64,000 nt of DNA from Alphaproteobacteria bacterium (GCA_030831315.1 JAURLI010000003.1:18884-82883), one strand, 5' to 3'. Shown: positions 27,629 through 38,963, counted from the first letter of the stretch. The notes: generated from the sequence alone by a model not told the origin. Program-made: numbers and translations.

Positions 27629-28166
27629 AGCAGGCGATTCCGGTCTCGAGCTCATCATCGCCATCGACGACGATGGGTGGGCTGAAACTCTTCCCGAATA
27701 TGAGGCCCTGGCCCGGCGCTGGGTAGAGGCGGCCATAGCGGCGGCGCGCGCCGATGGCGGCGCGCCCGCGGGACCGCTTTCGCCGAAGGCCGCCCACGAA
27801 ATGGGTGTCGTATTTTCGTCCGACGAGATCGTTCAAGCGCTCAACCGCGAATGGCGTAACAAGGACCAGCCGACCAATGTTCTGGCTTTCGCCGATGCCG
27901 AGCCGCCGCCCGCGGGCGCGCCGTGGCAGATGGGCGACGTTGTATTGGCCTTCGGCACCACGCAGCGGGAGGCCGAATCCGGCGGCCTGACCATCGAGGC
28001 CCACGCGGCGCATCTCGTGGTTCATGGCATCCTGCATCTTTTCGGTTATGATCACATGGATGACGAAGAGGCCCAGCGCATGGAGCGTCTGGAGACCCGC
28101 GTTCTGGCCGGGCTCGGCATCGCCGATCCTTACGACCCGGCAGCCCGTGGGCCGCGGCCCGAATAG
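27612..28166 (+). CDS. ybeY: rRNA maturation endoribonuclease YbeY
   Basis: 'HLVVHGILHLFGYDH' H3xH5xH zinc motif. Confidence 0.9.
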   Translation: MTAHPEAGDSGLELIIAIDDDGWAETLPEYEALARRWVEAAIAAARADGGAPAGPLSPKAAHEMGVVFSSDEIVQALNREWRNKDQPTNVLAFADAEPPPAGAPWQMGDVVLAFGTTQREAESGGLTIEAHAAHLVVHGILHLFGYDHMDDEEAQRMERLETRVLAGLGIADPYDPAARGPRPE

Positions 28167-28170
28167 AACG

Positions 28171-29103
28171 ATGAGCGACCGAACAGAAAGCCCTCACATA
28201 TCCGGCAATCCATCCCCTGCAGCGGGGAAGGGTTTGTTCGCGCGGCTGCGCGGCTGGTTTTCCGGAATCTTCGGCAGCCGCAATCAGGATCCCTCGATCC
28301 GCGAGACGCTCGAGGAACTGATCGAGGAGCGCGAGAGCGTTGAAGGCGAAGGCGGCGTCATAAGTGCCGACGAACGCCTGCTGATTTCCAACGTGCTCGA
28401 GATGCGCGACGTCATCGTTTCCGACGTCATGGTGCCGCGCGCGGAAATCGTTGCCCTGGAGGTTTCCACCCCGCGCGAGGAAATCGCCGAACTCCTCATT
28501 CGCGAGGCCCACTCGCGCGTGCCCATCTATCGCGAAACTCTCGATGACGTCGTCGGCATGATCCATATCAAGGATGTGCTGGCGTGTTACGCATCGAAGG
28601 CGCCGTTTGACATCAATGCTCTTATCCGCAAGGTGCTGTTCGTCTCGCCGACGATGCGCATTCTCGACCTTCTTCTGCAGATGCGGCTCGCCCGTGTGCA
28701 TATGGCGCTGGTGGTCGATGAATTCGGCGGCATCGACGGACTTGTGACCATCGAAGACGTTGTCGAGGAAATCGTCGGCGACATTCAGGACGAACATGAC
28801 GTCGAGGAAATCGACATGATCGAGCGCCCCGACGGGTCGCTGATCGCCGATGCCCGTACCGAGATCGAGGATTTCGAGGCCCGTGTCGGCCCGGTGCTGA
28901 CTGACGATGAACGCGAAACCGTCGATACCATTGGCGGCCTGGTGGCTGAACTGGCCGGGCGCGTGCCGTCCCGCGGCGAGGTCATCCGACATTCGACCGG
29001 TATCGAATTCGAGGTCATCGACGCCGACCCGCGCCGGGCCAAGCGCCTGCGCATCCGGCGCTTGCCCCGGATAGCGGCCGGACCAACCGCCTCCGGATCA
29101 TGA
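28171..29103 (+). CDS. corC: CBS-pair plus CorC_HlyC domain protein (CorC/YbeX, Mg/Co efflux-associated)
   Basis: Tandem CBS domains ('VMVPRAEIVALE', 'VGMIHIKDVL') and the C-terminal transporter-associated domain. Conserved ybeZYX-lnt order. Confidence 0.85.
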   Translation: MSDRTESPHISGNPSPAAGKGLFARLRGWFSGIFGSRNQDPSIRETLEELIEERESVEGEGGVISADERLLISNVLEMRDVIVSDVMVPRAEIVALEVSTPREEIAELLIREAHSRVPIYRETLDDVVGMIHIKDVLACYASKAPFDINALIRKVLFVSPTMRILDLLLQMRLARVHMALVVDEFGGIDGLVTIEDVVEEIVGDIQDEHDVEEIDMIERPDGSLIADARTEIEDFEARVGPVLTDDERETVDTIGGLVAELAGRVPSRGEVIRHSTGIEFEVIDADPRRAKRLRIRRLPRIAAGPTASGS

Positions 29104-30683
29104 TCCTCGCGCGGCTGGCGGCGCAGCTGGCGGCACTGACATCCTGGCGCCGTGCGCTTGCGGCGATCCTGCTTGGCGCGCTCGCGGTTTTGGCGCTGCC
29201 GCCCTTCGGTCTGTTTCCCCTCCTTTTCGTTTCCCTAGTCGGTCTGCTCTGGATGCTCGATGGCCTGCGCGGCTGGCGCGCTGCCGTCGCGCTCGGCTGG
29301 TGGTTCGGGCTCGGCTTCTTCGTCGCCGGGCTTTACTGGATATCGAATGCGCTGCTGGTCGATGCGGCACGGTTCGGCTGGCTGGTGCCCTTCGCCGTCA
29401 CGGGCCTGTCTGCCTATTTCGCCCTGTTTCCGGCGGCGGCCGTGTGCCTGGCGTCCTTCGTGCGCGCGGGCGCAATGCGGATCGTGGCCCTTGCTGCGGC
29501 CTGGACGCTTGGTGAAATCCTGCGTGGGATGTTGCTGACGGGCTTTCCCTGGAATCCGCTGGGCAGCGCCTTGGCGTTTCATCCGGCGCCGATGCAAGGC
29601 GCCGCACTTGGCGGCGTTTATGCTCTCAGTTTTGCCGTCGTGCTGATCGCGGGATTGCCGGCGACGCTTGCGGGCAGCAATGCCGGCGAAGGATCGCGGC
29701 GCGCACGCCTGTGGCCCGGCGCAGTCGCCGTCGTGCTGTTCGCGGCGTTGTTTGGCGGCGGCGCCCTGCGTCTTGCCGATGCACCCGTCGTACAGGAACC
29801 GGACGCACTGCGCCTGCGCATCGTGCAGGGGGCCATACCCCAGGCGATCAAGTGGCAGCCCGATCTCGTGCGACAGCATTTCGGCCTTTACCTGCGTCTC
29901 TCGCAGGGCCTGCCCGGCGCGCCCGCGTCCGACCGTGCGCCGGTTGCGGTGATCTGGCCGGAAACCGCTTTGCCCGCGGTCTTCGACGGCAACCCGGAAC
30001 TAACCCGCGCCATTGCGCTGGCGGCGCCGCCCGGCGGCATCGTCGTGACCGGCATCGTGCGCCGCGAAGCGGCGCCTGCGCCCGGTCGCCGCGCCGCGAT
30101 CTGGAATTCGGTCCTTGCCGTAGACAGCCGCGGGCGCGTGCTCGGCCGCTACGACAAGCATCACTTGGTGCCCTTCGGCGAATACGTGCCTTTTGCCCGC
30201 TTCAATCCGCTGCCGAAGCTGACCGAAGGCCGGGTTGATTTTTCCGCCGGGTCCGGGCCTGCGACCTTGAACCTGCCCGGCCTGCCCGGCGTTTCGCCGC
30301 TCGTCTGCTACGAGGTCATATTTCCGGGCGCGGTCGTGGCTGACCAGGGCGCTCGTCCGGGGTTGCTGATGAATCTGACCAACGATGCCTGGTTCGGCAC
30401 CGCCACGGGGCCGTACCAGCACCTTGTTGCGGCCCGTTTCCGCGCCATCGAGGAAGGCCTTCCATTGGTGCGCGCCGCCAACACCGGCATTTCGGCGGTG
30501 ATCGATTCCCATGGCCGCGTGCGCGATTCGCTGGCGCTCGGTGTCCGCGGCGTGATCGACGCGGCGCTTCCCGCACCTCTTGCCGCGCGTACCCTGTTTT
30601 CGCGTACCGGCAGTATTCCAGTCATTGCATTTTGCCTACTGTTATTGGCGGTTTTTCTAGGCTTTTTTCGCAAGTCCGCTTGA
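29100..30683 (+). CDS. lnt: apolipoprotein N-acyltransferase
   Basis: N-terminal polytopic region plus a C-terminal nitrilase-type CN-hydrolase domain ('LVCYEVIFPG', catalytic Cys). Start overlaps the corC stop. Confidence 0.9.
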   Translation: MILARLAAQLAALTSWRRALAAILLGALAVLALPPFGLFPLLFVSLVGLLWMLDGLRGWRAAVALGWWFGLGFFVAGLYWISNALLVDAARFGWLVPFAVTGLSAYFALFPAAAVCLASFVRAGAMRIVALAAAWTLGEILRGMLLTGFPWNPLGSALAFHPAPMQGAALGGVYALSFAVVLIAGLPATLAGSNAGEGSRRARLWPGAVAVVLFAALFGGGALRLADAPVVQEPDALRLRIVQGAIPQAIKWQPDLVRQHFGLYLRLSQGLPGAPASDRAPVAVIWPETALPAVFDGNPELTRAIALAAPPGGIVVTGIVRREAAPAPGRRAAIWNSVLAVDSRGRVLGRYDKHHLVPFGEYVPFARFNPLPKLTEGRVDFSAGSGPATLNLPGLPGVSPLVCYEVIFPGAVVADQGARPGLLMNLTNDAWFGTATGPYQHLVAARFRAIEEGLPLVRAANTGISAVIDSHGRVRDSLALGVRGVIDAALPAPLAARTLFSRTGSIPVIAFCLLLLAVFLGFFRKSA

Positions 30684-30794
30684 GTCAAGCTGCATATAAA
30701 ATTATGATTATGGGAGTTATAGGTATGTCGGTTGCACGCGTTCTTCTAGCTGCCCCTCCGCCACCATTACACGTCAAATCAACAGAGAAGCCTT

Positions 30795-31244
30795 ATGGCC
30801 AGAACTCCTGCCGCCCGTGGACCTCGCCGGAAGCCCCGTGCGAAGAAGGGCGGGCCAAACGCTATTGATGTTCATGTCGGCACGCGCATGCGCATGCGCC
30901 GATTGTTGCTTGGCTTGTCTCAGGAAAAACTGGGCGATGCTCTGGGGCTGACGTTTCAGCAGGTGCAGAAATATGAGCGCGGCGTGAACCGTATTGGCGC
31001 CGGCCGCCTTTTTGCGTTGGCTCAGGCTCTCGAAGTGCCGGTGACGTTCTTTTACGAAGACCTGCCCGCCGGCACCGGGGCGCGGCGCAACCGCGCGCTT
31101 GCGGAATCAGCGGCTGCCTTCGAGGGCGAACCGATGAGCAACCGCGAAACCATTGAGCTGGTCCGCGCCTACTATCGTGTCGGCGATCCGCGCAAGCGCC
31201 GCAAGGTGCTGGAGCTGATCCGCTCGATGGGACGCGAAGAGTAG
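30795..31244 (+). CDS. XRE-family helix-turn-helix transcriptional regulator
   Basis: 'RMRRLLLGLSQEKLGDALGLTFQQVQKYERGVNRIGAGRLFALAQAL' is a Cro/C1 HTH. An AT-rich promoter region lies upstream. Confidence 0.75.
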   Translation: MARTPAARGPRRKPRAKKGGPNAIDVHVGTRMRMRRLLLGLSQEKLGDALGLTFQQVQKYERGVNRIGAGRLFALAQALEVPVTFFYEDLPAGTGARRNRALAESAAAFEGEPMSNRETIELVRAYYRVGDPRKRRKVLELIRSMGREE

Positions 31245-31379
31245 CGTCCCGCCGCGCCCAGGCCTTACCCTTCCGAAAACCCTTGACGCTCGCGCCGTTC
31301 GTTGCAACAAGACCGGCCGGGGGCAGCGCATTGCGGCCGCCCATACATAAGGCTTTCAGCCATTTTCACGGAGGCTCCC

Positions 31380-32549
31380 GTGCCCAAAGGCGATTACCTT
31401 TTTACCAGCGAATCGGTTTCTGAAGGACATCCGGACAAGATCTGCGACCGCATTTCGGATGCCGTCGTCGATGCCTTCCTGACGGCCGACCCGCAGGCCC
31501 ATGTCGGTGCCGAAACGCTGTGCACGACGAACCACGTGGTCATGGCCGGCGAAGTGCGCGCCCGCAAGCTCATCGGCAAGGACGAACTGGAAAAGATCGC
31601 CCGCAACTGCATCAAGGAAATCGGCTACGAGCAGGACGGCTTCCACTGGCAGAAGGCCCAGGTCGATGTCCTGATCCATGGCCAGTCGGACGATATCAAC
31701 GTTGGCGTCGAAGGCGGCGGCAATCGTGAAGAGGGTGCCGGCGACCAGGGCATCATGTTCGGCTACGCTTGCCGCGAAACCCCGGTGCTGATGCCGGCGC
31801 CGCTGCATTATTCCCACGCCATCCTGCGCTCGCTCGCCGAAGCGCGCCATTCGGGCGCAGAGCCGGGCCTCGGCCCCGATTCGAAGAGCCAGGTGACGCT
31901 GCTTTACCAGAACGGCAAGCCGGTGCGCGCGACTTCGGTCGTCGTCTCGACCCAGCACGCGGCCGGCCTCACCCAGAAGCAGGTGCGCGACATCGTGCGC
32001 CCCCATGTGGAGAACGTCCTGCCCAAGGGCTGGATGTGCCCGGAAGACGAATTCTACGTCAACCCGACCGGCATCTTCGTCATCGGGGGCCCCGACGGCG
32101 ACTGCGGCCTGACCGGGCGCAAGATCATCGTCGACACCTACGGCGGTGCAGCACCTCACGGCGGCGGCGCGTTCTCGGGCAAGGACCCGAGCAAGGTCGA
32201 CCGTTCCGCGGCCTATGCCGCACGCTACCTGGCGAAGAACGTGGTGGCGGCGGGTCTCGCCGAGTCCTGCGTCATTCAGATCGCCTATGCCATTGGCGTC
32301 GCCAAGCCGCTTGCCGTCTACGTCGATACCGCCGGCACCGGCAAGGTGTCGGAAGACAAGCTCGCCAAGGCGTTGCAGGAAGTCATGGACCTGCGCCCGC
32401 GCGGCATCCGCAATCATCTCGGCCTCGACAAACCGATCTACGCGCGCACATCTGCTTACGGGCACTTTGGCCGCGAGCCCGAGCCCGATGGCGGGTTCTC
32501 CTGGGAACGCGTGGACCTGGTCGAGGCCATCAAGTCCGCGCTGACCTGA
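31380..32549 (+). CDS. metK: S-adenosylmethionine synthase
   Basis: '[23 protein letters not shown]' and '[19 protein letters not shown]'. GTG start 5 nt after GGAGG. Confidence 0.95.
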   Translation: MPKGDYLFTSESVSEGHPDKICDRISDAVVDAFLTADPQAHVGAETLCTTNHVVMAGEVRARKLIGKDELEKIARNCIKEIGYEQDGFHWQKAQVDVLIHGQSDDINVGVEGGGNREEGAGDQGIMFGYACRETPVLMPAPLHYSHAILRSLAEARHSGAEPGLGPDSKSQVTLLYQNGKPVRATSVVVSTQHAAGLTQKQVRDIVRPHVENVLPKGWMCPEDEFYVNPTGIFVIGGPDGDCGLTGRKIIVDTYGGAAPHGGGAFSGKDPSKVDRSAAYAARYLAKNVVAAGLAESCVIQIAYAIGVAKPLAVYVDTAGTGKVSEDKLAKALQEVMDLRPRGIRNHLGLDKPIYARTSAYGHFGREPEPDGGFSWERVDLVEAIKSALT

Positions 32550-32568
32550 TCGGCGCGCGCTTCCCGAC

Positions 32569-33324
32569 ATGACCGATAACGATCACGGCGACGTCGGCAA
32601 AAACCGTCGTCGCCGTGTTCTTTACGGCCGGCGCATGGGCCGGCCGCTGCGCGTCGAGCGGCGGAAGCTGATGGAAGAGCTTCTGCCCGCCGTGCGCATC
32701 GACCTGACCGGCGCGGCTCCCGCCAGCCTCGACCCGCGTAGCCTGTTTGCCCGTCCCGTCTTTGCGGCCGAGGCGCTGCCGCCGCCAGCCGAAACATGGC
32801 TTGAGGTCGGCTTTGGCGGCGGCGAGCACATGTGCGCCCAGGCTGCGGCCAACGCGCGCGTCGGCATCATAGGCTGCGAACCCTTCGTCAACGGCGTCGC
32901 CTCGGCGCTGCAGCACATAGATGGGGGTCGCCTCGAAAACGTCCGGCTTCATCCCGATGACGCCCGCGCCGTCATCGATGCGCTGGCGCCCGCCAGTCTT
33001 GCGCGCGTCTATGTGCTGTTCCCCGATCCCTGGCCCAAGGCGCGCCATGCCAAGCGGCGCTTCATTTCCGATGCCAATCTCGATGCCCTGGCGCGGGTTT
33101 TGCGGCCGGGCGGCCTCCTCGTCGTGGCCAGCGACGACCGCGGCTATATCCGTTGGGCCCTTGCCCGGGCGCTGGCCCACCCGGCCTTCGAATGGACCGC
33201 CGAACGGGCTGCCGACTGGCAGGAGCGCCCGGCCGACCAGCCCCCCTCCCGCTATGAGGAAAAAGCCCGGGAAAAAGGGATTTCCCCGGTTTTTCTGGTG
33301 TTTCGCCTCCGCTCCGGCTTCTGA
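32569..33324 (+). CDS. trmB: tRNA (guanine46-N7)-methyltransferase
   Basis: 'LEVGFGGGEHM' SAM-binding motif and 'VYVLFPDPWPKARHAKRR'. Confidence 0.9.
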   Translation: MTDNDHGDVGKNRRRRVLYGRRMGRPLRVERRKLMEELLPAVRIDLTGAAPASLDPRSLFARPVFAAEALPPPAETWLEVGFGGGEHMCAQAAANARVGIIGCEPFVNGVASALQHIDGGRLENVRLHPDDARAVIDALAPASLARVYVLFPDPWPKARHAKRRFISDANLDALARVLRPGGLLVVASDDRGYIRWALARALAHPAFEWTAERAADWQERPADQPPSRYEEKAREKGISPVFLVFRLRSGF

Positions 33325-33450
33325 CCGGGGAACCCGGTCCCGGCGCCCGTGGCTGCCAAAACACTTGAACAAAAGGGGAAAACCCCTATATTTCCCCCAG
33401 TTTCGAGTTCGGTACCAGTCAAGGTCCCATAAAATAAAAGACGCTGCGGA

Positions 33451-33476
33451 GTGGGCCACCGGCCCACTTTTTATTT
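33451..33476 (+). terminator. rho-independent terminator after trmB
   Basis: GTGGGCC-acc-GGCCCAC followed by TTTTTATTT. Confidence 0.75.
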
Positions 33477-33533
33477 GGGCAAACGCCAACGTGGCCGGTG
33501 CGGACTTCGCGGCAGGAAAGCGGAATACCGGGA

Positions 33534-34031
33534 ATGAACCAAGTTCATGACAGGGTTCGCCGCCTCGTCGAGGAGCCCTTGACGGAAATGGGCTACGAGG
33601 TCGTGCGGGTGAACCTTTCGGGGGGCAGCCGGCCGATCCTCCAGATCATGGCCGAACGGATTGACGGTGCCACCATGACGGTGGACGACTGCACCGACAT
33701 CTCTCACACGGTGTCGCTGCTTCTCGACACGGAAGATCCGATCGCCGGAGCTTACGCGCTCGAGGTGTCGTCGCCCGGAATCGACAGGCCGCTGACGCGG
33801 CCCAAGGATTTCGAGCGCTTCGCCGGTTTCGAGGTACGCATGGAAACGCGCTGGCCGATCGAAGGCCGTCGCCGCTTCCGCGGGCGCCTCAAGGGTTTGA
33901 AGGACGGCCTCATCGCCGTCGCCACCGACAAGGGCGATGCGGAAGTGCCGTTCGAGGATGTGGTCAAGGCGCAGCTTGTCCTGACTGACGAGCTGATTGC
34001 CGCTTCCGCGCCCGACAGGCGCGGCAACTAG
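33534..34031 (+). CDS. rimP: ribosome maturation factor RimP
   Basis: 'MNQVHDRVRRLVEEPLTEMGYEVVRVNL...LEVSSPGIDRPL'. Confidence 0.9.
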   Translation: MNQVHDRVRRLVEEPLTEMGYEVVRVNLSGGSRPILQIMAERIDGATMTVDDCTDISHTVSLLLDTEDPIAGAYALEVSSPGIDRPLTRPKDFERFAGFEVRMETRWPIEGRRRFRGRLKGLKDGLIAVATDKGDAEVPFEDVVKAQLVLTDELIAASAPDRRGN

Positions 34032-34109
34032 TTAGGACGCGCCCTCAGGCGCATTGGAATAACAGTTTAAGGACGAACGCCGCAGTGCGGCGCAACGAGC
34101 GAGACGAAG

Positions 34110-35738
34110 ATGGCACAGTCAAAGCGCAAAACCCAGGTCGAGGAAACGACGGGCCTCGCGCGCCCGGAACTCCTGCAGGTCGCCGATGCGGTGGCGCGGG
34201 AAAAGTCGATCGACCGCGACGAAGTTCTGACCGCGATGGAACAGGCGATCCAGAAGGCCGGGCGTTCCAGGTACGGCCACGAACACGACATTCGCGCCGT
34301 CATCAACCGCACGACCGGTGAAATTTCTCTGGCCCGCTACACCCAGGCCGTCGAGACGGTCGAGGACGAACTGACCCAGCTCGACCTCAAGACCGCCGAG
34401 AAGATCAAGCCGGGCATCAAGGCCGGCGAATTCATCATCGATCCGCTGCCGCCCATCGACTTCGGCCGCATCGCCGCGCAGACCGCGAAGCAGGTCATCG
34501 TCCAGAAGGTGCGCGAGGCCGAGCGCCAGCGCCAGTTCCAGGAGTACAAGGACCGCGTCGGCGAAATCGTCAACGGCCTGGTCAAGCGCGTGGAGTTCGG
34601 CAACACCACCGTCGATCTCGGCCGCGCCGAGGGCGTGCTGCGGCGCGACGAAATCCTGCCGCGCGAAAACCTGCGCGCTTCCGAACGCGTGCGCGCCTAC
34701 ATCTACGACGTGCGCGAGGAACAGCGCGGCCCGCAGATTTTCCTGTCGCGCACGCGGCCCGAATTCATGGCCAAGCTGTTCGCCCAGGAAGTCCCGGAAA
34801 TTTATGACGGCATCATCGAGATCAAGTCGGTGGCCCGCGATCCGGGCTCGCGTGCGAAGATCGCCGTGCTGTCCAACGATTCGTCCATCGATCCGGTCGG
34901 CGCTTGCGTCGGCATGCGCGGCTCGCGCGTGCAGGCGGTCGTCGCCGAATTGCAGGGCGAAAAGATCGACATCATCCAGTGGTCGCCCGATCCCGCGACC
35001 TTTGTCGTCAATGCGCTTGCCCCGGCCGAAGTCACCAAGGTCGTGCTCGACGAAGACCAGAAGCACATCGAGGTCGTGGTTCCCGACGAGCAGCTTTCCC
35101 TTGCCATCGGGCGTCGCGGCCAGAACGTGCGTCTCGCCTCGCAGCTGACGGGCTGGGACATCCGCATCCTGACCGAAGCGCAGGAATCGGAACGCCGCCA
35201 GGAAGAATTCCGCTCGCGTTCGCAGATGTTCATCGACGCGCTCGACGTCGACGACGTGATCGCGCACCTGCTGGTGACCGAAGGCTTCTCCTCGATCGAG
35301 GAAGTCGCCTTCGTTCCCATCGACGAAATCACCGGTATCGAAGGCTTCGACCAGGATCTGGCCGAAGAGCTTTCCCGCCGCGCCCAGGCCTATCTCGCCG
35401 ATCAGGCAGAGAAATTCGCCGAGAAGCGCAAGGAACTCTCGATTGCCGACGACATGGTCGGCATTCCCGGCCTGACCAACGACATGGTCGTGACCCTTGC
35501 GGAGAACGGCATCAAGACGCGCGACCAGCTGGCGGAACTCGCGGGCTATGAACTCTCGGGTTCGGAAGCCGATGGCGAGGAAGGCCTGCTCGGCAAGTTC
35601 AAGCTGAGCGAGCAGGATGCCAACGAGATCATCGCCGTTGCCCGCGCCCATTGGTACGAGGCCGAGGATGCCGCTGCCGCCGCAGCGGCCGAAGCCGCTG
35701 CTGCCGAGGGTGAAGCCAAGGAGACCGACCCGCAGTGA
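34110..35738 (+). CDS. nusA: transcription termination/antitermination factor NusA
   Basis: S1 domain, two KH domains and a C-terminal acidic repeat. 'ELLQVADAVAREKSIDRDEVLTAMEQAI'. Confidence 0.95.
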   Translation: MAQSKRKTQVEETTGLARPELLQVADAVAREKSIDRDEVLTAMEQAIQKAGRSRYGHEHDIRAVINRTTGEISLARYTQAVETVEDELTQLDLKTAEKIKPGIKAGEFIIDPLPPIDFGRIAAQTAKQVIVQKVREAERQRQFQEYKDRVGEIVNGLVKRVEFGNTTVDLGRAEGVLRRDEILPRENLRASERVRAYIYDVREEQRGPQIFLSRTRPEFMAKLFAQEVPEIYDGIIEIKSVARDPGSRAKIAVLSNDSSIDPVGACVGMRGSRVQAVVAELQGEKIDIIQWSPDPATFVVNALAPAEVTKVVLDEDQKHIEVVVPDEQLSLAIGRRGQNVRLASQLTGWDIRILTEAQESERRQEEFRSRSQMFIDALDVDDVIAHLLVTEGFSSIEEVAFVPIDEITGIEGFDQDLAEELSRRAQAYLADQAEKFAEKRKELSIADDMVGIPGLTNDMVVTLAENGIKTRDQLAELAGYELSGSEADGEEGLLGKFKLSEQDANEIIAVARAHWYEAEDAAAAAAAEAAAAEGEAKETDPQ

Positions 35739-36397
35739 CCGCTGTCGCCGCGATCAGTGACGCCATCGACGACCGCCGCGTCAACGCGTCGGAGCCGGAG
35801 CGCCGTTGCCTGGTGACCGGGCGGGTCCTGCCGCGTGCGGCATTGATCCGCTTTGTTGCCGGTCCCGACGGCACTGTGGTGCCTGATCTCGGCGAAAAGC
35901 TGCCCGGACGCGGGTTGTGGGTCGCAGCCGAGCGGGCAGCTCTCGCCGCCGCGGATGCGCGCGTGTTTGCCCGCGCCAACCACGGCCCGGTGACGGTGCC
36001 CGAAGATCTCGCGGCCCGCGTCGAAGCGGGGCTGCGCCGCCGCCTGACCGACATGCTCGGCATGGCCCGGCGCGCAGGCGCCCTGGTTGCCGGGTTCGAA
36101 AAGACCCGTGCCGCCCTCAAGGCGGGCGAGGCAAAGTTGCTGATCGCCGCCCGGGATGGTGCCGCCGACGGCCGCGCCAAGCTCTCGGCCCTCGCCCCGG
36201 GGCTTGAGGAAATGACCGCCCTCGAGGCGACTGAAATCGGCGCCGCGCTTGGTCGCGACGCCATGGTACATGCCGCGGTGACCGAACCCCGGATCGCCGC
36301 CGCCATCATGCGCGAGGCGACCCGCCTCGCCGGTGTCGCGGGCCTGCCCGAAGTGATGCAGGACAGCCCTGATTTGGATAAAGTGGACGGAAGATGA
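35735..36397 (+). CDS. ylxR: YlxR (DUF448) RNA-binding protein fused to an L7Ae-like domain
   Basis: '[19 protein letters not shown]' DUF448 motif. Sits between nusA and infB as in other alphaproteobacteria. Overlaps both neighbours by 4 nt. Confidence 0.75.
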   Translation: MTAVAAISDAIDDRRVNASEPERRCLVTGRVLPRAALIRFVAGPDGTVVPDLGEKLPGRGLWVAAERAALAAADARVFARANHGPVTVPEDLAARVEAGLRRRLTDMLGMARRAGALVAGFEKTRAALKAGEAKLLIAARDGAADGRAKLSALAPGLEEMTALEATEIGAALGRDAMVHAAVTEPRIAAAIMREATRLAGVAGLPEVMQDSPDLDKVDGR

Positions 36398-38928
36398 CCG
36401 ATACGACCAAGGACAAGAACTCCGGCGACAAGAAGCCGCTTTCGCTCGCGCGCCCGGGCCGTCTTGAATTGAAGAAGACGGTCGAGCAGGGCCAGATCCG
36501 GCAGAGCTTCTCGCACGGCCGATCCAAGGCGGTGACCGTCGAGGTTCGCAAGAAGCGCACCTACGCGCCCGACTCCGAAGGCGGCATGAGCCAGGTGAAG
36601 CCCGGCGAACAGGCCGACCTGCACGGCGATCAGCTGACCGCCGACCAGCTTGCCCAGCGCGCCAAGATTCTGAAGGGCGCCAAGCTCGATGACGAACGCC
36701 GGCGCGTCGAGGAAGCCGAACGCGCCAAGCGCGAAGAGGAAGAGCGCGAAAAGCGCGAAGCCGAAGAAGCGCGCCTCAAGGCCGAGGAAGAAGAAGCCGC
36801 GCGCGCCGCTGCTGCCGCTGCTGCCGCTGCCGCTGCCGCTGTTGCCGTTGCCGAAACGACGGCGCCCGCCGCCGACAAGACCGATGGCGCACGTCCCGCC
36901 AAGGGCAAGCCGCGCGGTGAAGAACCCGCGGCCGAGGAAAGCGAAGATGCCGAGCGTCGTGGACCGCGTCGTGGCAAGACCCCCGAGAAACCGCGCCCGG
37001 CACTCAGCCTGCGTGAAAAAAGCGGCGAACGGCGCAAGGGCAAGCTGACCATTGCCAAGGCCCTCGATGACGAGGGTGGGGTGCGCGTGCGGTCCCTCGC
37101 CGCCCAGCGCCGTGCGCGCGAGCGCGAACGGCGCGCCCAGATGGCTCTTTCGGGGGCCGATTCGACGAAGGTCATCCGCGAGGTGACCTTGCCCGAAATG
37201 ATTACCGTGCAGGAACTCGCTGTCCGCATGGCCGAACGCGGCGGCGACGTCATCAAGGCGCTGATGCGCATGGGCGTGATGGCCACCATTAACCAGCCGA
37301 TCGATGCCGACACGGCCGAACTGATCATCGGCGAATTCGGTCATATCGTTAAGCGCGTGAGCGAATCGGCAGTTGAAGAAGGCTTGACCGGCGATGACGA
37401 CGCGCCCGAGACCCTCAAGCCCCGTCCGCCGGTCGTTACCGTCATGGGCCACGTCGACCACGGCAAGACGTCGCTGCTTGATGCGTTGCGTGAAACCGAC
37501 GTTGCTGCACGTGAATCGGGCGGCATCACCCAGCATATCGGCGCCTACCAGGTGACGATGCCGGCGGGGCAGAAGATTACCTTCCTCGACACCCCGGGCC
37601 ACGAGGCGTTCTCGCAGATGCGCGCGCGCGGCGCGAAGGTCACCGACATCGTCGTCCTAGTCGTTGCGGCCGACGACGGCATCATGCCGCAGACCATCGA
37701 AGCCATTCATCACGCGAAGGCCGCGGGCGTGCCCGTCATCGTTGCCATCAACAAGATGGACCTGCCTTCGGCCAACCCGGACCGCATCAAGGCCGACCTG
37801 CTTCAGCACGAAATCGCGCTTGAAGGCATGGGCGGTGACGTCCTGTGGGTGGCGGTATCGGCAAAGCAGAAGACCAACCTCGACAAGCTCGAGGAAACCA
37901 TCCTGCTGCAGTCCGAAATTCTCGAACTCAAGGCCAATGCCAATCGTCCGGCCAACGGCATCGTCATCGAAGCCAAGATGGAACGCGGTCGCGGCAACGT
38001 CGCCACCGTCCTGGTGCAGCGCGGCACGCTGCGCGTCGGGGACGTGTTCGTCGCCGGCACCGAATGGGGCCGCGTGCGCGCGTTGATCGACGATCACGGC
38101 CGCAAGGTCAAGGAAGCGGGCCCTGCCTGCCCGGTCGAAGTCCTGGGTCTTCAGGGCGCGCCCACGGCGGGCGATGAATTCAACGTCGTCGAGAACGAAA
38201 ACCGTGCCCGCCAGGTCGCCGAATTCCGCCAGCGCCGGGTGCGCGATGCGGCCAATGCGGCGGGCGTGCGTGGCAGCGTCGAGCAGATGCTGGCATCCAT
38301 CGCCGCGGGCGAAGCCAAGGAACTGCCCGTCGTCATCAAGGCCGACGTGCAGGGTTCGGTCGAAGCCATCGTCGGCGCGCTCGAAAAATTCGGTACCGAG
38401 GAAGTCAAGGCGCGCATCCTTCATGCGGCGGTCGGCGGCATCAACGAATCCGACGTCACGCTGGCGCGGGCATCGAATGCGCTCATCATCGGCTTCAACG
38501 TCCGCGCTCATCCGCAGGCGCGCGACATGGCGCGGCGCGACAATATCGATATCCGCTACTACTCGATCATTTACGACCTGACCAATGACGTGAAGCAGAT
38601 GCTCTCGGGCATGCTGGCGCCGTCGCGCAAGGAAACGACCCTTGGCCAGGCCGAACTGCGCGAGGTGTTCAACATCACGAAGGTCGGCCGTATCGCCGGC
38701 TGTCTCGTCACCGAAGGCGTGGTCCGCCGCGGCGCCCGCGTGCGCCTGCTGCGCGACAACGTCGTCATTCACGACGGCGCGCTCAAGACGCTCAAGCACT
38801 TCAAGGATGAAGTGCGTGAAGTCCGGGCCGGTTCGGAATGCGGCATGGCGCTGGAGAACTACCAGGATATCCAGGCCGGCGACGTGCTTGAGTGCTACGA
38901 GGTCGAGGAAGTCGCGCGCACGCTCTAG
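36394..38928 (+). CDS. infB: translation initiation factor IF-2
   Basis: G domain '[18 protein letters not shown]' and 'DTPGHEAF'. Low-complexity charged/Ala-rich N-terminal region typical of IF2. Confidence 0.95.
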   Translation: MTDTTKDKNSGDKKPLSLARPGRLELKKTVEQGQIRQSFSHGRSKAVTVEVRKKRTYAPDSEGGMSQVKPGEQADLHGDQLTADQLAQRAKILKGAKLDDERRRVEEAERAKREEEEREKREAEEARLKAEEEEAARAAAAAAAAAAAAVAVAETTAPAADKTDGARPAKGKPRGEEPAAEESEDAERRGPRRGKTPEKPRPALSLREKSGERRKGKLTIAKALDDEGGVRVRSLAAQRRARERERRAQMALSGADSTKVIREVTLPEMITVQELAVRMAERGGDVIKALMRMGVMATINQPIDADTAELIIGEFGHIVKRVSESAVEEGLTGDDDAPETLKPRPPVVTVMGHVDHGKTSLLDALRETDVAARESGGITQHIGAYQVTMPAGQKITFLDTPGHEAFSQMRARGAKVTDIVVLVVAADDGIMPQTIEAIHHAKAAGVPVIVAINKMDLPSANPDRIKADLLQHEIALEGMGGDVLWVAVSAKQKTNLDKLEETILLQSEILELKANANRPANGIVIEAKMERGRGNVATVLVQRGTLRVGDVFVAGTEWGRVRALIDDHGRKVKEAGPACPVEVLGLQGAPTAGDEFNVVENENRARQVAEFRQRRVRDAANAAGVRGSVEQMLASIAAGEAKELPVVIKADVQGSVEAIVGALEKFGTEEVKARILHAAVGGINESDVTLARASNALIIGFNVRAHPQARDMARRDNIDIRYYSIIYDLTNDVKQMLSGMLAPSRKETTLGQAELREVFNITKVGRIAGCLVTEGVVRRGARVRLLRDNVVIHDGALKTLKHFKDEVREVRAGSECGMALENYQDIQAGDVLECYEVEEVARTL

Positions 38929-38963
38929 GGCCAGGCGCATCGACCGGTTGAAAGAGTGACACC

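Noticed and set aside
30632-30868. 78-aa ORF overlapping the lnt 3' end and the XRE promoter
   Set aside because: Out of frame with both neighbours, low-complexity, no Shine-Dalgarno sequence. Likely spurious.
31245-31379. SAM-II-type riboswitch in the metK leader
   Set aside because: Only a weak GGCUUUCAGCC hairpin is present. I could not identify the conserved SAM-II pseudoknot elements by eye. A covariance-model scan would be needed, and the region is kept only as a long leader.
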